Assembly: GCA_018714185.1 (NCBI GenBank)
Contig: DVNT01000015.1
Span: 6,042-70,041 of the forward strand
DNA: 64,000 nucleotides
DNA from: Candidatus Aphodousia gallistercoris
GTDB lineage: Bacteria; Pseudomonadota; Gammaproteobacteria; Burkholderiales; Burkholderiaceae_F
Direction of reading: 5' to 3'
Shown: one piece after another, positions 49,535 to 60,651 of the stretch
Layout: each line of letters opens with the position of its first letter
Numbering within the stretch: position 1 is the stretch's first letter
Made by a program: the position numbers and the translations under genes
Notes under the pieces: model-generated
The model's input: the letters and a program-made list of their open reading frames with translations, nothing else
Told to the model about the DNA's origin: nothing
The model's database searches: none

Positions 49535-49565
49535 TACCTAATTGACCTTTTTTGGAGACTCGCAA

Positions 49566-50960
49566 ATGAGCGAAAAGTATGTCATCGCCGATATCGGCCT
49601 TGCCGATTGGGGACGCAAAGAAATTAAGATTGCCGAAACGGAAATGCCGGGGCTGATGGCCATCCGCGAAGAATATGCTACTCAGCAACCTTTAAAAGGA
49701 GCCCGCATCTCCGGTTCTTTGCACATGACCATCCAAACGGCTGTCCTCATTGAAACGTTGGTCGCCTTGGGTGCGCAAGTCCGTTGGGCAAGCTGCAATA
49801 TTTTTTCCACCCAAGATCACGCTGCGGCTGCCATGGCGGCCGAAGGCATCCCGGTCTTTGCGATCAAGGGAGAAACCATTCAGGACTATTGGGAATACAC
49901 CCACCGCATCTTCGAGTGGGACGACGGCGGCTTTTCCAACATGATTCTCGACGATGGCGGTGATGCGACATTGTTGCTGCACCTGGGTACCCAGGCTGAA
50001 AGCGATCGTTCGGTTATTGCGCATCCCGGCAGCGATGAAGAGCGTGCCCTTTTCGCTGCGATTGAGCGCCACTTGCAATCCGATCCGCACTGGTACAGCA
50101 AACGCATCACGCATATCAAAGGTGTAAGCGAAGAAACCACCACCGGCGTTCATCGCCTCTACCAAATGGCGGCCAAAGGCACGCTCAAGTTCCCGGCTAT
50201 GAATGTTAACGATTCCGTGACCAAATCTAAATTTGACAATACCTACGGCTGCCGCGAATCGTTGGTTGACGGTATCAAGCGGGCTACGGATGTCATGATT
50301 GCCGGCAAAGTGGCCGTGGTAGTCGGTTACGGTGATGTCGGCAAGGGTTGTGCCCAAGCCTTACGAGCCCTGGCGGCCCAAGTCTGGGTTGTGGAAGTTG
50401 ACCCGATTTGTGCTTTGCAAGCAGCCATGGAGGGTTACCGCGTCGTAACGATGGATTACGCAGCCGACAAAGCCAACATTTTTGTTACGGCTACCGGCAA
50501 TATCAATGTGATTACTCATGATCATATGATTCGCATGAAAAACGAAGCCATTGTTTGCAACATCGGCCACTTTGACAGCGAAATTGACGTTGCCAGCATG
50601 AGGCAATACAAGTGGGAAAACATTAAGCCTCAAGTCGACCATATTATTCTTCCCTCCGGCAATAAGATCATCTTGTTGGCCGAAGGCCGCTTGGTCAACT
50701 TAGGCTGTGCTACCGGCCATCCTAGCTACGTCATGTCGAGCTCCTTTGCGAATCAAACATTGGCACAAATCGAGCTTTACACGAACACGGACAAGTATCC
50801 GGTCGGTGTCTACGTGCTACCTAAGATTTTGGATGAGAAGGTGGCGCGCTTGCAGCTGCGCAACTTTAATGCACAGCTGTCGGAGCTCACTGAAGAGCAA
50901 GCCCGTTACATCGGCGTTCCCCAAAACGGTCCCTTTAAGAGCGATACCTACCGCTACTAA
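49566..50960 (+). CDS. ahcY: S-adenosylhomocysteine hydrolase
   Basis: [32 protein letters not shown]. Confidence 0.98.
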   Translation: MSEKYVIADIGLADWGRKEIKIAETEMPGLMAIREEYATQQPLKGARISGSLHMTIQTAVLIETLVALGAQVRWASCNIFSTQDHAAAAMAAEGIPVFAIKGETIQDYWEYTHRIFEWDDGGFSNMILDDGGDATLLLHLGTQAESDRSVIAHPGSDEERALFAAIERHLQSDPHWYSKRITHIKGVSEETTTGVHRLYQMAAKGTLKFPAMNVNDSVTKSKFDNTYGCRESLVDGIKRATDVMIAGKVAVVVGYGDVGKGCAQALRALAAQVWVVEVDPICALQAAMEGYRVVTMDYAADKANIFVTATGNINVITHDHMIRMKNEAIVCNIGHFDSEIDVASMRQYKWENIKPQVDHIILPSGNKIILLAEGRLVNLGCATGHPSYVMSSSFANQTLAQIELYTNTDKYPVGVYVLPKILDEKVARLQLRNFNAQLSELTEEQARYIGVPQNGPFKSDTYRY

Positions 50961-51565
50961 TCGGCCCTTGCTTTATTGACTTCCTCCCCTCCCAAACGGG
51001 AGGAGGTCAATATTTGAATTGCACTTTCCGTAATCCAACCATCTAGGACCAGGTCTGTCGGGCTTTTCGGAAGTTCATCAAAAACAAACCCCTCATAGAC
51101 CACAGCTAGTTTCAAGGCTGCGGGATACTCCCCAAGGGTTCTGTCATACCAACCGCCCCCATATCCCAAACGGATCCCCTGCCGATCGACCGCCAAACAA
51201 GGAATCAGGATACAATCAGGTATGACCTTGTGCCTAACGAGGGGAACGGCCATTTTTACGTCATCTTTTGTCATCGGCATGGTATCGTCCCAAGTGACGA
51301 AATTCATCTTGAGCTTTTCTACGCAGGGTAAGGCCAGACTGTGAACGCAGCCTCGCTTTTTTAAGCATAATAGACTTGCTCGCAGGTCCGGCTCTGCTTT
51401 AATCGGCCAATACAAAGCGACGGTATGAAAGGGGTGATGCTGAAAAAAAGACTGCACCCGATCACAAAGAGACTGTTCATCAAAATGACCTTGCAGCCTT
51501 TTTTGCAAACACAGCTGCCTGTAGAACGGCTTGGAAAATTCGGATGACTTTTTGGCCGAGGTCAT
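50957..51565 (-). CDS. 5-formyltetrahydrofolate cyclo-ligase
   Basis: [20 protein letters not shown]. Confidence 0.9.
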   Translation of the reverse strand: MTSAKKSSEFSKPFYRQLCLQKRLQGHFDEQSLCDRVQSFFQHHPFHTVALYWPIKAEPDLRASLLCLKKRGCVHSLALPCVEKLKMNFVTWDDTMPMTKDDVKMAVPLVRHKVIPDCILIPCLAVDRQGIRLGYGGGWYDRTLGEYPAALKLAVVYEGFVFDELPKSPTDLVLDGWITESAIQILTSSRLGGEEVNKARAD

Positions 51566-51589
51566 GTTTTCGTCTTAAGGTATGAAGAT

Positions 51590-53719
51590 ATGCAAATAAA
51601 CCGCTTAACCCGTTTTGCCGGCATGCTTTTTAGCCTGTTAGTCCTTGGATCGGGGCCGTCGCTTTCTCTGGCGCGTCCCAATACCATCGAAGAGTTTGCC
51701 CTGGTTGAAACCCCACTCAACGGGAGCCCGCAGGAAGATTTGCCTTCCTTGGCAGAGCCGCAATACGATACCGCGCAAAAACTCGCCGAATTAGACGAAC
51801 ACTTCCTGAGCTATAAAAAGGCCTATGACCGGCAGGACTTTAGCGTGCTTCAAAGCATCCAATTATCGCAGTTTTCACAGTACCCGCTCAAAGATTATGT
51901 CCAGGCCTGGTATCTACTGGGACAAGCTTCGACCCTGTCAACTTCAGACTCTCTGAGAAATGCGCTGGCTTTTTTATCCCAACATGAAACAGAACCGGTC
52001 GGCGATTATTTCGGCCGCGAGTGGCTCACCCTAATGGCAGATCGCTTAAACAAAGAAAATCGCTGGAAATCCTTTCAGCAAATTCGCTCCCGCCTAAAGT
52101 ACAGCCGAAACGATACGGCATTGCAATGCTGGGAATTTAGCCATCAACTGCAAAGCGCTTCGGCAAAAAAACTCTCCGCTCTCTCAAGCGAGGCCGTTCA
52201 TATGTTTAAGCAGGCTCGCTTTGAAAATAACCCGGTTTGTAAAAAGGCTTTTGATACTCTCATTGATAATGTTCCCTCTCTCGGCTTTACCCGCCTGGTG
52301 ACATTAATGCAATTAAACCGCGGTTATCAGGCAAAAAAAGTGCTGCAAATCCTTATTGACCACAAGCGCCTTCCAAGGGCAGCCGCTTTGCAAGCGTTTG
52401 ACCACCCCCAGCGATGGTACCGCCAACATCGTAAGAGCTTGGCTCGTCAAAACAAATTCATCGCTTTGATCGCTTCGTATCGGATGGCGAGAACCGATTT
52501 GGCAACGGCAGCCGCCATTGCCCGGTCGCAAAAACATTTAACAAAAGACGAAAGGGCCGCCGTTTGGGGACACATTGCCTATACGGCAGCCTTAAGGCTT
52601 GAGCCCAAAGCCGGCAGCTGGTACCGTTTGGGCGGCCCATCAGTTTGTCGCGGCCGCTATGCAGCCAATTCGACCTCGTGCCTTGAATGGCAAGTGCGGT
52701 TGGCGCTTAAAGAACAAAACTGGTCGCTTGTTGAGCAAAGCATCCAACGTCTGCCCGCATCTATAAAACAATCGGAAAGATGGCGCTACTGGCTGGGAAG
52801 GGCCTTGCAGTTTCGAGGCCAGCACGAGCAAGCTGCCCGGCTTTGGGAACAAAATGACAATGTCAGAACGTTTTACGGCAAACTCTCGGCCGAAGCCCTG
52901 GGAAAAGCCTTTGTCTATCTTCCCGACAATATCGTGACATTGGACTCCACCGAGGCGGGTGTGGTCCTGCAACGGCCGTCCCTGACCCGAGCCGAGACGT
53001 TTTATAACTTAGGCTTATATGGCATGGGCCATCGCGAATGGAACCGGGCCTTAGAAGGGCTCAACGACATTGAGCGGCTTGCTGTCGCACGATGGGCGAG
53101 AGAGCATTTATTGCTCGATAGGATGATTAATACGGCCATTCCCGTAGCACAACGAATGCCTGTCGACCCCAGAGTACTATACCCCGATCCGTATAGAAGC
53201 TTAGTGGAAAAATATGCTGCTCAATATCAACTCGATCCTTGCTGGGTCTACGGCCTCATCCGGCAAGAGTCTCGCTTCATCTCGGTTGCCCGCTCCAGCG
53301 TCGGCGCTAACGGCCTAATGCAAATCATGCCGGCAACGGCACAATGGATTGCCAAGCAGCTTCCTGACCCGGATTTTCAAATGAGCCGCATCAATGACAT
53401 TGAAACCAACATTCGGTACGGCACCTTTTACTTAAGATCTCTGTTAAATCGGCTTGATAATAATCTAACCTTGGCAACAGCCGGATATAACGCCGGCCCG
53501 CTTCGCTCTCAAAAATGGCGAGCCGCCTTACCTTGCTCTCTGGAAGGAGCTATTTTCATTGAAAATATCCCCTTTACGGAAACACGAAACTACGTGCAAA
53601 ATGTCATAGCCAATACCATTGAATACAAGGCCCGTGAGGGTTCTTTTATAAAAAGCATGAAGGCTTGGTTGGGTGAGATTTCCCCCAAAGCAGCCGTCGA
53701 GGATGAAAACAATATCTGA
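51590..53719 (+). CDS. slt: Soluble lytic transglycosylase (Slt70-like)
   Basis: [25 protein letters not shown]. Confidence 0.9.
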   Translation: MQINRLTRFAGMLFSLLVLGSGPSLSLARPNTIEEFALVETPLNGSPQEDLPSLAEPQYDTAQKLAELDEHFLSYKKAYDRQDFSVLQSIQLSQFSQYPLKDYVQAWYLLGQASTLSTSDSLRNALAFLSQHETEPVGDYFGREWLTLMADRLNKENRWKSFQQIRSRLKYSRNDTALQCWEFSHQLQSASAKKLSALSSEAVHMFKQARFENNPVCKKAFDTLIDNVPSLGFTRLVTLMQLNRGYQAKKVLQILIDHKRLPRAAALQAFDHPQRWYRQHRKSLARQNKFIALIASYRMARTDLATAAAIARSQKHLTKDERAAVWGHIAYTAALRLEPKAGSWYRLGGPSVCRGRYAANSTSCLEWQVRLALKEQNWSLVEQSIQRLPASIKQSERWRYWLGRALQFRGQHEQAARLWEQNDNVRTFYGKLSAEALGKAFVYLPDNIVTLDSTEAGVVLQRPSLTRAETFYNLGLYGMGHREWNRALEGLNDIERLAVARWAREHLLLDRMINTAIPVAQRMPVDPRVLYPDPYRSLVEKYAAQYQLDPCWVYGLIRQESRFISVARSSVGANGLMQIMPATAQWIAKQLPDPDFQMSRINDIETNIRYGTFYLRSLLNRLDNNLTLATAGYNAGPLRSQKWRAALPCSLEGAIFIENIPFTETRNYVQNVIANTIEYKAREGSFIKSMKAWLGEISPKAAVEDENNI

Positions 53720-53763
53720 ACACAAAACCCGACGACCCGAGTCCAATGCAAACGCACCCTTTT

Positions 53764-54843
53764 ATGAAAATTTATCTTGTCGGCGGTTATGTCCGCGATC
53801 AACTATTGCGAAAGTATTTTCATTATGACCTTCCTGCGGGTGACCGGGACTGGGTTGTCGTCGGCTCCTGTGCGCAAGAAATGCTTGACCAAGGGTTCTT
53901 ACCGGTCGGAAAGGACTTTCCCGTTTTTCTTCATCCCCAAACTCACGAAGAATATGCCCTCGCCCGCACAGAGCGGAAAGTAGCCGCCGGTTACCATGGC
54001 TTTAATTTTTATGCTCAACCTGACGTCACTCTCGAGGAAGATCTCCGACGCCGGGATTTGACAATTAATGCGATGGCCTTGGACCAAGACCGCCTCATTG
54101 ATCCGTACGGAGGCCTTAAGGACCTGCTCGACAAACGTCTCCGTCACGTATCTGCCGCCTTTTCGGAAGATCCCGTCAGAATTTTGAGGGCAGCCCGTTT
54201 CTGTGCCCGACTGAAGGAATTTCATATCGCTCGCGAAACGTTGGCCCTCATGCAATCGATGGTCCAAAATGGCGAGGCCGATGCCCTCGTTTCCGAACGA
54301 GTTTTCCAAGAGATGCGCCGGGCTCTCATGGAGCCCACCCCTTCGCGCTTTGTGACAACGCTATTTGATTGCGGACTGTGGCAAAGGTTGTATCCGGAAA
54401 TCCGAATTTCGAAGAACACGCTTGAGGTACTGGATCAAAGCGCAGCGGCTTCAGACAATGAATGCGTTCGTTTTACCCTCTTATGCGCTGAATCAGAAGC
54501 TTCGAGTATCGAAGCCTTTTGCCGCAAGATCAGACCGACCTCTGACATTAAAGACAGCCTGCTGCTGTGGCAGAAACTGAAAAATAATTTTCCTCTCTCT
54601 GATGCCTCACAATGGGTTGCCATGATGGAAAAAACCGATGCCTTCCGACGTCCTGAACGCTTTATTAACCTATTGACGGTTGCCCGGCATTGGAAACTGG
54701 CCTCTATGCAAACGGCTCAAGCGGCCCTAACGGCTGCCCAAAAAGTGAAAACAGGCCCCATCGCCCTGGCCTGCAAAGATAAAAGTAAAATAGGCCAGGC
54801 AATTCATCAGGCGCGATGCGACGCCGTTACGGAGGCAATATGA
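53764..54843 (+). CDS. cca: CCA tRNA nucleotidyltransferase (no recognisable HD motif)
   Basis: [40 protein letters not shown]. Confidence 0.93.
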   Translation: MKIYLVGGYVRDQLLRKYFHYDLPAGDRDWVVVGSCAQEMLDQGFLPVGKDFPVFLHPQTHEEYALARTERKVAAGYHGFNFYAQPDVTLEEDLRRRDLTINAMALDQDRLIDPYGGLKDLLDKRLRHVSAAFSEDPVRILRAARFCARLKEFHIARETLALMQSMVQNGEADALVSERVFQEMRRALMEPTPSRFVTTLFDCGLWQRLYPEIRISKNTLEVLDQSAAASDNECVRFTLLCAESEASSIEAFCRKIRPTSDIKDSLLLWQKLKNNFPLSDASQWVAMMEKTDAFRRPERFINLLTVARHWKLASMQTAQAALTAAQKVKTGPIALACKDKSKIGQAIHQARCDAVTEAI

Positions 54844-55244
54844 CCTGGTACCTGGATGATCACCTCAAGCGCTGTCGGCATATTATCCTTAAGGACATCC
54901 GACGCCAAGTATTTATCGGTGCCTATGATCGTGAAAAACTGGCCCCGCAAGAGGTACTCTTTAACATTGAAGTGTTTGTGCACACGGACAACGAGGGCGA
55001 TTGCCTTGATCGGGCGTACAACTATGACACGATCATATCCGCAATTGATCATGCCCTAGAGGCCCAACCGATACAATTGCAAGAAACCGTCATTGATTCC
55101 ATTGTGCGAAACCTTTTCCGGGATCATCGGGTTCAGGCTGCCTTAGTTAAAAGTGAAAAAACACAAGCCTATGCCGATGCAGCCAGTGCAGCCGTGGAAA
55201 TTTTCCGGATCAATCCCCTGTCGGTTGCCCAATATGAGGCTTGA
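54840..55244 (+). CDS. folB: Dihydroneopterin aldolase
   Basis: IGAYDRE, NYD, LQET, EK. Confidence 0.8.
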   Translation: MTWYLDDHLKRCRHIILKDIRRQVFIGAYDREKLAPQEVLFNIEVFVHTDNEGDCLDRAYNYDTIISAIDHALEAQPIQLQETVIDSIVRNLFRDHRVQAALVKSEKTQAYADAASAAVEIFRINPLSVAQYEA

Positions 55245-55357
55245 GGGCAGGCGTTAAGCTGCGCGCCGCCGGCGCATCAAAGAACAATAACTCTTCAGTC
55301 AAAGGAGAAAGCGCTTTCCATTAAACATAGGCAAGGAATTGGCGTTTACAAGCAACA

Positions 55358-56239
55358 ATGCAAGAAGATAAAAAGATCATCACGATTGCCCCGGAGCCGA
55401 TGGTTTACCCCTCGGACAATGCGGCTCCTGCTAAAAATAAAAAGTCCGTTTCTGAAAAGAAAAATGAAAAGCGCATCATGCGTTTAGCCGGCAAAGCCGT
55501 TGCCGATTTTTCTATGATCGAAGGGGGAGATAAAGTCATGGTCTGCATGTCCGGCGGCAAAGACAGTTATGTTTTGCTGGACGTACTGATGAAGCTGCAA
55601 AAGCGGGCGCCGGTGCATTTTGACCTCATCGCCGTTCATGTCGATCAGCACCTGCCCAATTTTCCGAAGGATGTCATTCCGAATTACTTGAAACAAAAAG
55701 GCGTGCCCTTTCATATTGAAGACCAAGATACTTGGTCAATTGTTCAGCGCGTCATTCCGGAGGGACAAAACGTCTGCTCGGTATGTTCCCGCCTGCGTCG
55801 CGGAATCATCTACCGAGTCGCCAAAGAGCTAGGGGTGACAAAGATTGCGCTCGGCCACCATATGGATGATGCCGTCAGCACCTTACTGCTGAACATGTTC
55901 TACGGCGGACGTCTCAAAGGCATGCCGCCGATTCTTCGAAGCGATGACCGCGCCAACGTCATTATCCGCCCCTTAATTTACGTGCGAGAACATGAGATCG
56001 AACGCTGGGTCAAATATCGCGACTACCCCATTATTTCCAAAGACATTTGCCGGAAAATTGAAAATAAAAAGCGAGCCGAAATAAAGGCATTGTTGCGCGA
56101 GTGGGACCAAAAGTACGACAGCAGAACCTACAACATACTCATGAGCATGACACGCGTGTCACCGTCTCACCTGATGGACCCCAGCCTGTACGACTTTCAA
56201 GCTATGCCCAAGGATCCTATGAAAAAATCGCCTTTTTAG
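55358..56239 (+). CDS. ttcA: tRNA 2-thiocytidine(32) synthetase
   Basis: SGGKDS, CSVCSRLRRG, GHHMDD, PSHLMD. Confidence 0.93.
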   Translation: MQEDKKIITIAPEPMVYPSDNAAPAKNKKSVSEKKNEKRIMRLAGKAVADFSMIEGGDKVMVCMSGGKDSYVLLDVLMKLQKRAPVHFDLIAVHVDQHLPNFPKDVIPNYLKQKGVPFHIEDQDTWSIVQRVIPEGQNVCSVCSRLRRGIIYRVAKELGVTKIALGHHMDDAVSTLLLNMFYGGRLKGMPPILRSDDRANVIIRPLIYVREHEIERWVKYRDYPIISKDICRKIENKKRAEIKALLREWDQKYDSRTYNILMSMTRVSPSHLMDPSLYDFQAMPKDPMKKSPF

Positions 56240-57144
56240 TCAACGGACTTTTCGGCCATGAGCCATTGATACAAGTCGTCGCGTTTAAAGCCGGTTATTT
56301 TCGCTGCGGTTGAAGCCGCCTTCGATAGCGGCATAACTTGAGCCAAAGCTCGCAACCAGAGCTGGTCTTTTTCCGTTAGAGTCAAAGCTGCGCTCTCACG
56401 CTGCTCATCGACCAAGATCACGTACTCACCTCGCGGCTCATGCTGACTCGCCCAAGCCGACAATTCGCCGGCCCTCATCGAAGCAAAGGATTCAAACTTT
56501 TTGGTGATTTCCCGGGCTACAACGACATGCCGATCCTGCGACAAGGCCGCGGCCAAGTCCGCCAAAACGGCCTTAATACGATGGGGAGCTTCATATAATA
56601 CAAAGGCTTCTTTCTGAGCAGCCAAATGTTGCACTTGTTGCTGACGAGCTTTGGCTTGGGCAGGCAAAAAACCGACAAAATGGAAACCGGCAGGCTCAAG
56701 TCCGGCAGCTGATAACGCCGTCACCACCGCGCTCGCTCCCGGAATCGGGATCACCCTATAACCGGCCTGCCTCACGGCATGAACCATCCTTGCGCCCGGA
56801 TCGGAGATGGCCGGCGTTCCGGCATCGGTGACAAGCGCTACACGTTCGCCCTTTTCCAAGCGTTCAATTATCATATGGGACTGAGTCATTTCGTTGTGCT
56901 CGCGCACACTGACCGTGGGCACAGAAATGGAAAATCTTTCCAGGATTTTTTTTGTTTCGCGCGTATCTTCTGCAGCAACCACATCCGCTAAACCGAGCAC
57001 CCACAGTGCTCTCAATGTAATGTCTGCAGCGTTACCGATCGGCAAGCCGACAATGTATAGCGAAGACTCCGGAAAGACCTGAGAGTCGATACCTGCTCTA
57101 AGCATGAGCGTGTTTTCTGACCATTGTTTAAAACTGGACGACAT
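56236..57144 (-). CDS. rsmI: 16S rRNA C1402 2'-O-methyltransferase (start uncertain: 57144 or 57105)
   Basis: PIGN..DITLRA, AEDTR, DAGTPAISDPG, YEAPHR, REITKKFE. Confidence 0.95.
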   Translation of the reverse strand: MSSSFKQWSENTLMLRAGIDSQVFPESSLYIVGLPIGNAADITLRALWVLGLADVVAAEDTRETKKILERFSISVPTVSVREHNEMTQSHMIIERLEKGERVALVTDAGTPAISDPGARMVHAVRQAGYRVIPIPGASAVVTALSAAGLEPAGFHFVGFLPAQAKARQQQVQHLAAQKEAFVLYEAPHRIKAVLADLAAALSQDRHVVVAREITKKFESFASMRAGELSAWASQHEPRGEYVILVDEQRESAALTLTEKDQLWLRALAQVMPLSKAASTAAKITGFKRDDLYQWLMAEKSVD

Positions 57145-57145
57145 C

Positions 57146-58594
57146 GTGAGTACCCATTTCATTTTACGTGTTTGTTGTGTGGCAATTTTAACGACCTTTG
57201 GACATCAAAGTTTGGCCCAAACGGCCGTCTCCTTTGGGATAAACTCCTCGTTTTCTGCTGTTCCGACGGTGGATTCTGCAGCCGAGGCACCCAAACAAGC
57301 TCCCGGTACGACGCCGCAGGCTCCCATGAACGGGCAAAATGCTCCGGCCACCTCGGGGCTGAACCTGCAACCGCCAGTCGATCACGCCGATACCTCGTAT
57401 GCCGCACCATCTCCGTCGGCTAACGATCTTTCAGAGCGGCCGAAACTCGCGGTGTTATTGCCCCCGGTTAACAGCCCCTTTGACGCAGTCAACGATGCGG
57501 TCATTCGAGGAATTGAAGCGGTTAATGCCACTCAAGCAAAACCGATGCAAATTTTGCCTTTGCACCGAAAGGCCGGCCAAACCGCGCTTTCACAGCTGCA
57601 AGATGCCGCCCTTTTAGGAGCCGTCGTTGCCATCGGTCCTATGACTCGCGATGAGGTAAGCGAAATGGCCCGATTGCCTTTTTTACCTTTGCCGGTTGTC
57701 GCGTTAAATCATCCGCAACAGCAAGGAGATCGTTCTGACTTGATGATCAATTTCTCTCTGTCGCAAGAAGAGGAAGCAAAGCAAATTGCACAAATCGCCA
57801 TTCGGGCCTTACCGGCAACGACCTCCCAAGGTGAAAAACCGAAAGTCATTATCTTCGAGGTCAACACTTCGCTCGAGCAGCGAGTGGCAAGCGCTTACGC
57901 TCAAGAACTTGAAGCCGCGCAAATTCCATTTGAAAGAGTCACCCTCACCCAAGAGTTGATGAATCAGCCTCGTTTCTACGAAAGCTTGCAGTCCACTCTG
58001 CCCAAACCGAAGCTAGAGGCCTTGCCGGACAAAACGGAAGATCCATATAACTACAATCGGGTTAAAGCCCGAAACGAAAAGCTCATGGAGCAGTACCGGG
58101 CTCAGCAAATTTTCGCCGAACCCCCGTACTATGCCGCCTTGCTAGCCATGGATGCCAGAACGGCCGCGCTCGTTAGTCCTCGCTTACCGCGCTTGACAAG
58201 AGTCTGGGGCACCAGCCTGGTCAATCCCGGCGATCCCCGTCAAAGTGTCATTGCTTCATTGACCTATGACCTGACTAATGTCGGTTTTGTAGATGCCCCC
58301 TTGGCCATAGAAAACGATATCGAAGCATTCCGACAACAGTTTGGTTGCGAGCCGCCGAGCGGCGTACTCCAACGCAGGCTGTTTGCCTTTGGAGTCGATG
58401 CCTACCGCCTAGCTCAAGACTGGATGCATTGGAAAACGCAGATCCGCTTTAACGGCAGCACCGGCAGCATTTATTTCGATGCGTTCGTCAGCAACTCCGT
58501 TTTACGCGAAGCCGAGCCGGCGATCATAAAAGCCAACAAAATCGAACCCCAAAGCGTCGAAAAGTTGCTTCAGCCCATTACTCGACCGCAATAA
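57146..58594 (+). CDS. LpoA/LppC-like penicillin-binding protein activator (divergent; start uncertain)
   Basis: AVLLP, IGPMTRD.V, LN, RLFAFGVDAY, GSTG; divergent from rsmI as is usual. Confidence 0.7.
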   Translation: MSTHFILRVCCVAILTTFGHQSLAQTAVSFGINSSFSAVPTVDSAAEAPKQAPGTTPQAPMNGQNAPATSGLNLQPPVDHADTSYAAPSPSANDLSERPKLAVLLPPVNSPFDAVNDAVIRGIEAVNATQAKPMQILPLHRKAGQTALSQLQDAALLGAVVAIGPMTRDEVSEMARLPFLPLPVVALNHPQQQGDRSDLMINFSLSQEEEAKQIAQIAIRALPATTSQGEKPKVIIFEVNTSLEQRVASAYAQELEAAQIPFERVTLTQELMNQPRFYESLQSTLPKPKLEALPDKTEDPYNYNRVKARNEKLMEQYRAQQIFAEPPYYAALLAMDARTAALVSPRLPRLTRVWGTSLVNPGDPRQSVIASLTYDLTNVGFVDAPLAIENDIEAFRQQFGCEPPSGVLQRRLFAFGVDAYRLAQDWMHWKTQIRFNGSTGSIYFDAFVSNSVLREAEPAIIKANKIEPQSVEKLLQPITRPQ

Positions 58595-58659
58595 AAGCTA
58601 CGTTCCTCGGACAAAAAACGAGGAACCTTAGCCAGCGGGCAATAATCATGAGTACCAAC

Positions 58660-58765
58660 CAAACGCAACGGCCTCGCCAGGCCCTTCCGGGCGTTTTGGT
58701 TACTTTAAAGGAGGAGAGGCGCCTTTTTCCCGGCATAACCGTCGGGAATTTCGTGCCCATTTCAG
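58660..58765 (+). mobile_element. Degenerate remnant of the omega-RNA element end, upstream of uup
   Basis: TTTAAAGGAGGAGA-GGCGCC..TTCCCGGC-ATAACC-GTCGGGAA-TTTC-GTGCC-CATTTCAG then ATGAC; same layout as 6456-6524. Confidence 0.6.
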
Positions 58766-60613
58766 ATGACGACTCTTGTTACTTTGCAGGCTGCCGAATT
58801 AGCCTTCGGCGATCTCCCTTTACTGGATAAAGCCAATTTAGTTATCCAAGATGGCGAGCGTATCGGCCTAATCGGTAGAAACGGCACCGGGAAAAGCTCC
58901 CTTTTACGCATCGTTGCCGGCGTCGACAAGCTCGATGACGGAGTAAGAAATGTCATGGACGGGCTTAAGATCGCCTACGTTAGCCAAGAGCCTTATCTAC
59001 CTGAGCGGGATACGATTTTTGATTCTTTAGTCAGTCGCGGCAGGCTCGATGAGATTGCCGATGAGCGGGAAAAGTGGCAAATGCTTGCCCGCTTGGATGA
59101 ATACCTGCACCGATTTCAAATGCAAGGCGACCAGCGTCCAGAGACCGCCTCCGGCGGCGAACGCAAGCGGGCGGCCTTGGCCCTGGCCTTTGCCATGCAA
59201 CCTGATCTGCTCCTTTTGGATGAGCCTACCAATCACTTGGACATTGATGCCATTTTGACGTTGGAAAACCTTGTCTGCACTGAATACAAGGGAGCCAAAT
59301 CACTCATGGTGATTACCCACGACCGTGCGTTTTTGGACGCAGTGTCGACCCGAATCATCGAGTTGGATCGAGGCATCCTTAGAAGCTTTCCCGGAAACTT
59401 TGCTCAATATGAATCGCGCAAAGAAGAGCAGCTGCAAGCCGAAGAGGTCGCCAACCGAAAATTTGATAAATTCTGGTCACAAGAGGAAGCTTGGATTCGA
59501 AAAGGCATCGAGGCAAGACGTACCCGCAACGAAGGGCGAGTGCGGCGGCTTGAACGCCTCAGACAAGAACGGGCAGCTAGGCGTGAGCGTATAGGGCAAT
59601 TAAATCTTAACATTGATGCCGGAATGAAAAGCGGCAAGATCGTTGCCGAACTGGAGAAAGTTTCTTTGTCCTTTGGAGACAAAATAATTGTAAAAGACTT
59701 AGATTTTCGCCTATTACGCGGAGACCGACTAGGGCTCATCGGCCATAACGGAGTCGGAAAAAGCACTCTGATTTCACTGATCTTGGGAAAACGTCAACCG
59801 GATTCCGGATCAGTTAAATTAGGGACGAATTTACAAATTGCCTACTTTGACCAACTACGCGAACAACTTGATCCGAACAAAACTGTCGCAGAAACCATTT
59901 CCCCGGGCAGCGAATGGATTGAAATCGGCGGGGTAAAAAAACACGTCATGGCCTACCTGAGCGACTTTCTCTTTCCGCCGAGGCGAGCTAACTCACCGGT
60001 AGCCAATCTCTCCGGCGGCGAACGCAATCGACTCTTGTTGGCTCGACTTTTTGCTTTACCCGCCAACCTGCTAGTTCTTGATGAACCGACCAATGACTTG
60101 GACATTGACTCACTGGAGCTGCTCGAGCAGACTCTGCAAACATACCCCGGCACACTGATTTTAGTCAGCCATGACAGACGCTTTCTAGATAATGTCGTCA
60201 CCGAGGTGCTCGCCCCGGAAGGCAACGGGAAATGGCGAGAGTATGTTGGCGGCTACTCGGATTGGTTAGCGTATCGTCCCAAAACAGCGGAACCACCCAA
60301 AGAAAGTAACGCTGAAAAAACTTCGAACAAAAAACCGAGAGCAAGTAATAAAGTTAAACTCACCTTTAAAGAAAGCAAGGAACTCTCCGAATTACCCGAC
60401 CGTTTAACAAATCTTGAAGGCGAGCGTGATGCTTTACTAAAAGATATGAGCACCCCCGAATATTTTCAAAAGTCATCCGAGGCCCTTCGAGCCGATGCGG
60501 AACACTTGCAACAGCTGCAGGACGACATTGAGAAACTTTATGCTCGCTGGGATGAGCTCGAAGCCAAGAAAGCGCTTAGCGAGAAAAAAGATAACACCCC
60601 ATTTTCGCCTTAA
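58766..60613 (+). CDS. uup: ABC-F family ATPase Uup
   Basis: Two ABC domains, WIRKGIEARRTRNEGRVR linker, C-terminal coiled coil. Confidence 0.92.
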   Translation: MTTLVTLQAAELAFGDLPLLDKANLVIQDGERIGLIGRNGTGKSSLLRIVAGVDKLDDGVRNVMDGLKIAYVSQEPYLPERDTIFDSLVSRGRLDEIADEREKWQMLARLDEYLHRFQMQGDQRPETASGGERKRAALALAFAMQPDLLLLDEPTNHLDIDAILTLENLVCTEYKGAKSLMVITHDRAFLDAVSTRIIELDRGILRSFPGNFAQYESRKEEQLQAEEVANRKFDKFWSQEEAWIRKGIEARRTRNEGRVRRLERLRQERAARRERIGQLNLNIDAGMKSGKIVAELEKVSLSFGDKIIVKDLDFRLLRGDRLGLIGHNGVGKSTLISLILGKRQPDSGSVKLGTNLQIAYFDQLREQLDPNKTVAETISPGSEWIEIGGVKKHVMAYLSDFLFPPRRANSPVANLSGGERNRLLLARLFALPANLLVLDEPTNDLDIDSLELLEQTLQTYPGTLILVSHDRRFLDNVVTEVLAPEGNGKWREYVGGYSDWLAYRPKTAEPPKESNAEKTSNKKPRASNKVKLTFKESKELSELPDRLTNLEGERDALLKDMSTPEYFQKSSEALRADAEHLQQLQDDIEKLYARWDELEAKKALSEKKDNTPFSP

Positions 60614-60651
60614 AATGGCAGAAATGTTTCAAAAGACCTTTGAGGTTGACA

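Noticed and set aside
54390-54520. CCA enzyme lacking the HD motif, a possible pseudogene
   Set aside because: The frame is intact, and HD-less CCA enzymes are common.
56025-56055. TtcA second CxxC reduced to KDIC
   Set aside because: The first CxxC and the last Cys remain, matching the three Fe-S ligands I recall for E. coli TtcA; not evidence of inactivation.
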